DNA of 64,000 bases from positions 458,531 to 522,530 of the forward strand of contig NW_005434634.1 of the NCBI RefSeq assembly GCF_000315625.1, written 5' to 3'. Below are positions 63,001 through 64,000 of the stretch, piece after piece (position 1 is the first letter of the stretch; each line of letters starts with the position of its first letter). This DNA is from Guillardia theta CCMP2712 (taxonomy: Eukaryota; Protista; Cryptophyta). The position numbers were made by a program, and so were the translations under genes. Under the pieces are notes generated by a model. It ran no database searches, had not been told where the DNA came from, and saw nothing but the letters and a program-made list of their open reading frames with translations.

Positions 63001-64000
63001 GTTTCTCCGCTGCTGCTAATGTCTTTGTGATCCCTTCAAGTCTGTCTGCCGTTTCCATATTCTCATCGGCCATGAAATTCAACTCCAAGCAAACCGTGAA
63101 TCTGATTGGCTCCCCTCAGAGCTACATTGACAAGACATTAAATTACGAATGGTTTCAGTCTCGTGGAGGACAGAATTTGCTTAGTGACAAAATCACAAGT
63201 ATTTCAAGCAGATTTTCGGATACACTTGGTTTTGCCAAAAATGCCTTGATGGAGGGTATGCAATATCGATACCGGCTCGAAGTTTGGAATCAAAATGGAT
63301 TTGGATTTGCTGAGATCGACATTGCTGTAAGCAAGGCGCCCTCAGGAGGAACTTTTGAAGTGAATCCATCGAAAGGGTTTGCTGTTGATACTAATTTTGA
63401 ATTAAGTGTGTCGCGTTGGACAGACTCTCCAGAGAATCTGCCGTTGTCATATCTTTTCAGCTATGTGTTAGATGTTGAAGATAGCACAAGTACAGCCGTC
63501 CCTTTCATCTACACCGACAAACCTTTTCAAAATGTGAGGATTCCGAATACAAACAAAGCAGTGCGCAATTCTTCCTTGATAGTACAGATTTTTAATATGG
63601 CTCATAGCGGAACAACTATCAACAGAACAGTCGAACTGAAAACGCCTCTAGATCCTTTTAGTTCAGCTGCAACCCTCCGCTCCCTGATTGAAATTTCTTC
63701 ATTGGCTCAAGATTTTGATAGCTTGATCATTCTGTCTTCGTGCTTAAGCAGTTTGCTAGAGACTTCATTAAGTCCTACGAGAAGAGACCAATCTACATTT
63801 TTCTGTCCAAACGATGGGACAAGTTGTGATAATGACGAGATCAGGAGCTTTCTCTTCCAGAAGGTGAAATCTTCATTGCAATACATCAAACCTGTTGCAG
63901 ACGAAATATCTATGCTTGCCAATTCGATTCAGAAAACGACCACTGCTCGGATGAATCGTACAAGTCAGATGCTGAGTTTATTGCTAACACAACAAGTCAT
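1..64000 (+). CDS. Giant extracellular multidomain protein, partial at both ends (>21,000 aa): IPT/TIG array - TMEM132-like/cohesin - RCC1-like propeller - dockerin - filamin-type Ig array - REJ (polycystin-1/REJ-like surface protein)
   Basis: Coding sequence is continuous on the + strand with no intergenic space. At every ORF junction the repeat motif carries on in register across a canonical short intron, an N gap or a 1-nt frame break. No credible start or terminal stop in the window. Paired Cys and N-x-S/T sequons are abundant throughout. Confidence 0.85.
3..585 (+). CDS. Coding segment 1 (IPT/TIG repeats; 5'-partial, crosses N gap 41-153)
   Basis: Positions 3-40 translate as CFGLSFISSTIL. 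The same frame after the gap (from 156) gives ESIQPSSVDVGGQLVTLVGKGFSRDREYECDFG...VECRAPAHRPGNVSL...ITPSFGPSRGGSRVTVTGYGF, which are typical IPT repeats. The frame switches to that of ORF 499 near 585 (approximate). Confidence 0.8.
41..153. other. Assembly gap (113 N)
   Basis: Run of N. Confidence 1.
586..6430 (+). CDS. Coding segment 2 (IPT/TIG repeats; bulk of ORF 499..6489)
   Basis: Recurring ~85-90 aa units PSxGPxxGG..(V/I)T(I/V)xGxxF...CxFG...SSxxxxCxxP, e.g. PSSGPAEGGNMVTIHGNAF and PSQGPIDGGQEVTITGDN. Both ends are approximate frame-break positions. Confidence 0.85.
6428..6570 (+). CDS. Short bridging coding segment in a shifted frame (IPT repeat end and start)
   Basis: The frame starting at 6428 reads RIGTCMFCLNLHGNYSLAIAEGSTGLSNRIMTSILAFPEFFEVAPKSI. 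It contains the GNYSL motif of the other repeats and joins SQIGGTLTVFGAN at 6571. Confidence 0.7.
6571..11793 (+). CDS. Coding segment 3 (IPT/TIG repeats; ORF 6589..11841)
   Basis: IPT motifs throughout (PSFGYDFGGATITLRGRGY, PSFGPSSGSTTVSLVGGYF, SVSNNGVDFS). Ends ...GARATIRG, then continues FQNMLPNTF in the frame of ORF 11802. Confidence 0.85.
10875..11074 (+). repeat. Direct repeat A, copy 1 (200 bp; copy 2 at 17102-17301)
   Basis: Sequences match from GGTGTCAAACAATGGG to CTAGCAGAAT. I saw one difference, synonymous (CTG/TTG Leu). Confidence 0.95.
11793..24525 (+). CDS. Coding segment 4 (IPT/TIG repeats; ORF 11802..24542 up to the splice donor)
   Basis: About 4,240 open codons of IPT repeats (PSNGPLHGGTRIRVIGSHF, PSQGPAEGGTRVLLYGAGF). 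The ORF stop at 24540-24542 lies inside the predicted intron. Confidence 0.9.
17102..17301 (+). repeat. Direct repeat A, copy 2
   Basis: Matches 10875-11074; both encode VSNNGVDFSPSTLKFVYTAQPKF...GGRDSTLAE. Confidence 0.95.
21973..22207 (+). repeat. Direct repeat B, copy 1 (at least 235 bp; copy 2 at 27196-27430 is cut by the gap)
   Basis: Matches from CAGGCCCTATTCATGGACG to CTACTATGAATC; encodes GPIHGRTLCRIQVST...HAYRYYE. Confidence 0.95.
23752..24149 (+). repeat. Direct repeat C, copy 1 (398 bp; copy 2 at 32202-32599)
   Basis: Matches from AGAGCGATCTCC to CTGCAAGTTT at offset 8450; encodes SDLLFEYIPD...GQGIRCKF. Confidence 0.95.
24526..24573 (+). other. Spliceosomal intron, 48 nt, GT-AG, phase 1
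   Basis: G|GTATGA donor, AT/T-rich body, TGTACAG|G acceptor. It contains the in-frame TGA. Removal joins the two ORFs in frame as ...VERAG-WKLQEE. Confidence 0.85.
24574..27430 (+). CDS. Coding segment 5 (linker plus IPT/TIG repeats, runs into the N gap)
   Basis: Open frame of ORF 24558 with IPT motifs (PSLGPILGGTLVRI, PPSGGVEISIYGTNF, PSTGPIHGRTL) up to the gap. Confidence 0.85.
25407..26211 (+). repeat. Direct repeat D, copy 1 (805 bp; copy 2 at 33197-34001)
   Basis: Matches from TACGTCAAATTTGGAGTC at offset 7790. The only differences I saw are three substitutions in the last ~50 bp. Confidence 0.95.
27196..27430 (+). repeat. Direct repeat B, copy 2 (runs into the N gap)
   Basis: Matches 21973-22207 up to the first N. 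Confidence 0.95.
27431..28309. other. Assembly gap (879 N), next to repeat B copy 2
   Basis: Run of N that starts inside a near-identical duplication. Confidence 1.
28312..28491 (+). CDS. Coding segment 6 (IPT repeat right after the gap)
   Basis: Reads ...EIPYLFYLSPSIGSTLGGFPVSVFGRHLQEHSDCFVGDQK. After one extra G (28492) it continues as LPMQWISSQNVVC in the frame of ORF 28361. Confidence 0.8.
28493..59811 (+). CDS. Coding segment 7: 31.3-kb uninterrupted reading frame (IPT repeats, central mosaic, filamin-type repeats)
   Basis: ORF 28361..59845 of the track, trimmed to the in-register start and to the splice donor at 59812; about 10,440 codons without a stop. Confidence 0.92.
32202..32599 (+). 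repeat. Direct repeat C, copy 2
   Basis: Matches 23752-24149; no differences seen by eye. Confidence 0.95.
33197..34001 (+). repeat. Direct repeat D, copy 2
   Basis: Matches 25407-26211; encodes YVKFGVDLAEEV...LPGCKMSE. Confidence 0.95.
40000..43100 (+). other. TMEM132-like ectodomain (N-terminal conserved region, cohesin-like domain, tandem BIG/Ig domains)
   Basis: Ordered motifs GCNIIIEKQWF; LFNIPALAG; LKCESTDPSV; SCDLILTGNEYAGSKDLKLLVTF; VPFVVWFP; IRSIKGF; YETAKVR. They parallel TMEM132 motifs as I recall them (LPxxWF; LNTAxLTG; CxSxDEDV; CDYxFVxGKE; TVWxP; LxQIKGW; YQxAxVR). Confidence 0.7.
43103..43565 (+). other. Cohesin-like domain
   Basis: KDFVEVPVYF...FGAILIDVVFDTQQLKFES...HVVDLKMI fits the cohesin pattern GxxVxVPV...xxxxxxYDxxxLxF. 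Confidence 0.6.
43640..44395 (+). repeat. Seven RCC1/BLIP-II-like (crinkly-type) repeats; predicted 7-bladed beta-propeller
   Basis: Seven ~37-aa units: VCGIIIDGTGVCWN, VCGITVMKQLICWN, FCAIANQGIVECWN, QCGIDNKRFLSCIS, LCAINNQAMIVCWV, FTAILRNGSAFLF, SCGILTNASAICWN. Confidence 0.8.
44534..44785 (+). other. Dockerin-like domain (two EF-hand-like Ca-binding loops)
   Basis: RGNVNADCKITALDLEFLLWFIHG and MDMDMDGFITIRDSELLASTLIG match the duplicated dockerin pattern GDxNxDGxIxxxDxxxLxxxxxG, with a Cys-rich spacer between them. Confidence 0.7.
45326..45622 (+). other. SRCR (scavenger receptor Cys-rich)-like domain
   Basis: IKL...CLVQLSRNDTWTTVCPINFD....LICKSL...LSCNGTESYISDC...C....FAC follows the SRCR consensus VEV...WGTVCDDxF...VxCRxLG...CxGxExxLxxC. 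Confidence 0.75.
55109..55450 (+). other. EGF/laminin-EGF-like repeats (two full, one partial)
   Basis: CFGHGQC...CQCQDGFDGSNCNICSPNWYGPDC; CGGRGFC...CNCGKNFIGAKCEGCAPGFYGTGC; CGGRGYCNKNGDC. Confidence 0.9.
59812..59857 (+). other. Spliceosomal intron, 46 nt, GT-AG, phase 2
   Basis: AG|GTACTG donor, branch-like CTGAC at 59842-59846, polypyrimidine TTTTTTCCCAG|G acceptor. Splicing restores a complete filamin repeat: AFGQGTSR-LIAGRNGSFTIVAKDEYSN. Confidence 0.93.
59858..64000 (+). CDS. Exon missed by the ORF track (open to window end): 6 filamin-type repeats, pre-REJ domain, REJ module, helical region
   Basis: I translated the frame from 59859 by hand and found no stop up to 64000 (~1,380 codons). 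It includes HISGSPFTVLV, EIEVEFDIATD, LVLDARMSQGGGGRNLNFQW and KAPSGGTFEVNPSKGFAVDTNFELSVSRWTDSPENLPLSYLFSY. Confidence 0.9.
62060..63640 (+). other. REJ (receptor for egg jelly / polycystin-1 family) module
   Basis: LVLDARMS..GRNLNFQW; LFIPKNSLQGGSQYTF; LNYEWFQ...KNALMEGMQYRYRLEV; and the hallmark PSGGTFEVNPSKGFAVDTNFELSVSRWTDSPENLPLSYLFSY (~63335-63465). Confidence 0.85.
62150..62162 (+). repeat. G13 homopolymer inside coding sequence (CAG GGG GGG GGG GGG AGA = QGGGGR)
   Basis: 13 consecutive G; the reading frame is preserved. Confidence 0.9.

Noticed and set aside
1368-63922. Numerous 60-234 aa minus-strand and alternate-frame ORFs (e.g. 11118..11822, 48018..48557)
   Set aside because: They are shadows of the long + strand frame with no recognisable domains, and several recur only because of the DNA duplications.
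1-64000. Decayed pseudogene, or bacterial giant adhesin
   Set aside because: Tens of kb without a nonsense codon argue against decay. Spliceosomal introns, dense disulfides and sequons, and SRCR/EGF/REJ domains point to a eukaryote.

Overview
The whole window reads as one interior piece of a single giant eukaryotic protein-coding gene on the + strand. The start codon lies upstream and the stop codon downstream, so at least ~21,000 codons are present. The ORF track splits it into five long ORFs and misses the last exon. The breaks are explained by two short GT-AG introns (24526-24573, 48 nt; 59812-59857, 46 nt), two assembly gaps (41-153, 27431-28309) and about five single-base frame breaks that look like draft-sequence errors. 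Domain order read from the translation: a huge array of Cys-containing IPT/TIG Ig-like repeats (~13,000 aa, roughly 140-150 units by length; 1-39340); a small beta-module of a type I associate with phage structural proteins; a TMEM132-like ectodomain (cohesin-like plus BIG Ig domains); a second cohesin; a 7-repeat RCC1/crinkly-like propeller; a dockerin-like Ca-binding pair; ~44 filamin-type Ig repeats with SRCR, EGF and Cys-rich modules inserted inside individual repeats; and a polycystin-type REJ module running into a helical region at the window end. Four near-identical, GC-richer in-frame DNA duplications (200-805 bp) lie in the IPT array. The ~47-nt introns and the domain repertoire suggest an alga or protist, possibly a cryptophyte (inference only). 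I found no RNA genes, mobile elements or CRISPR arrays. All domain calls come from motif recognition by eye, not from a database search.
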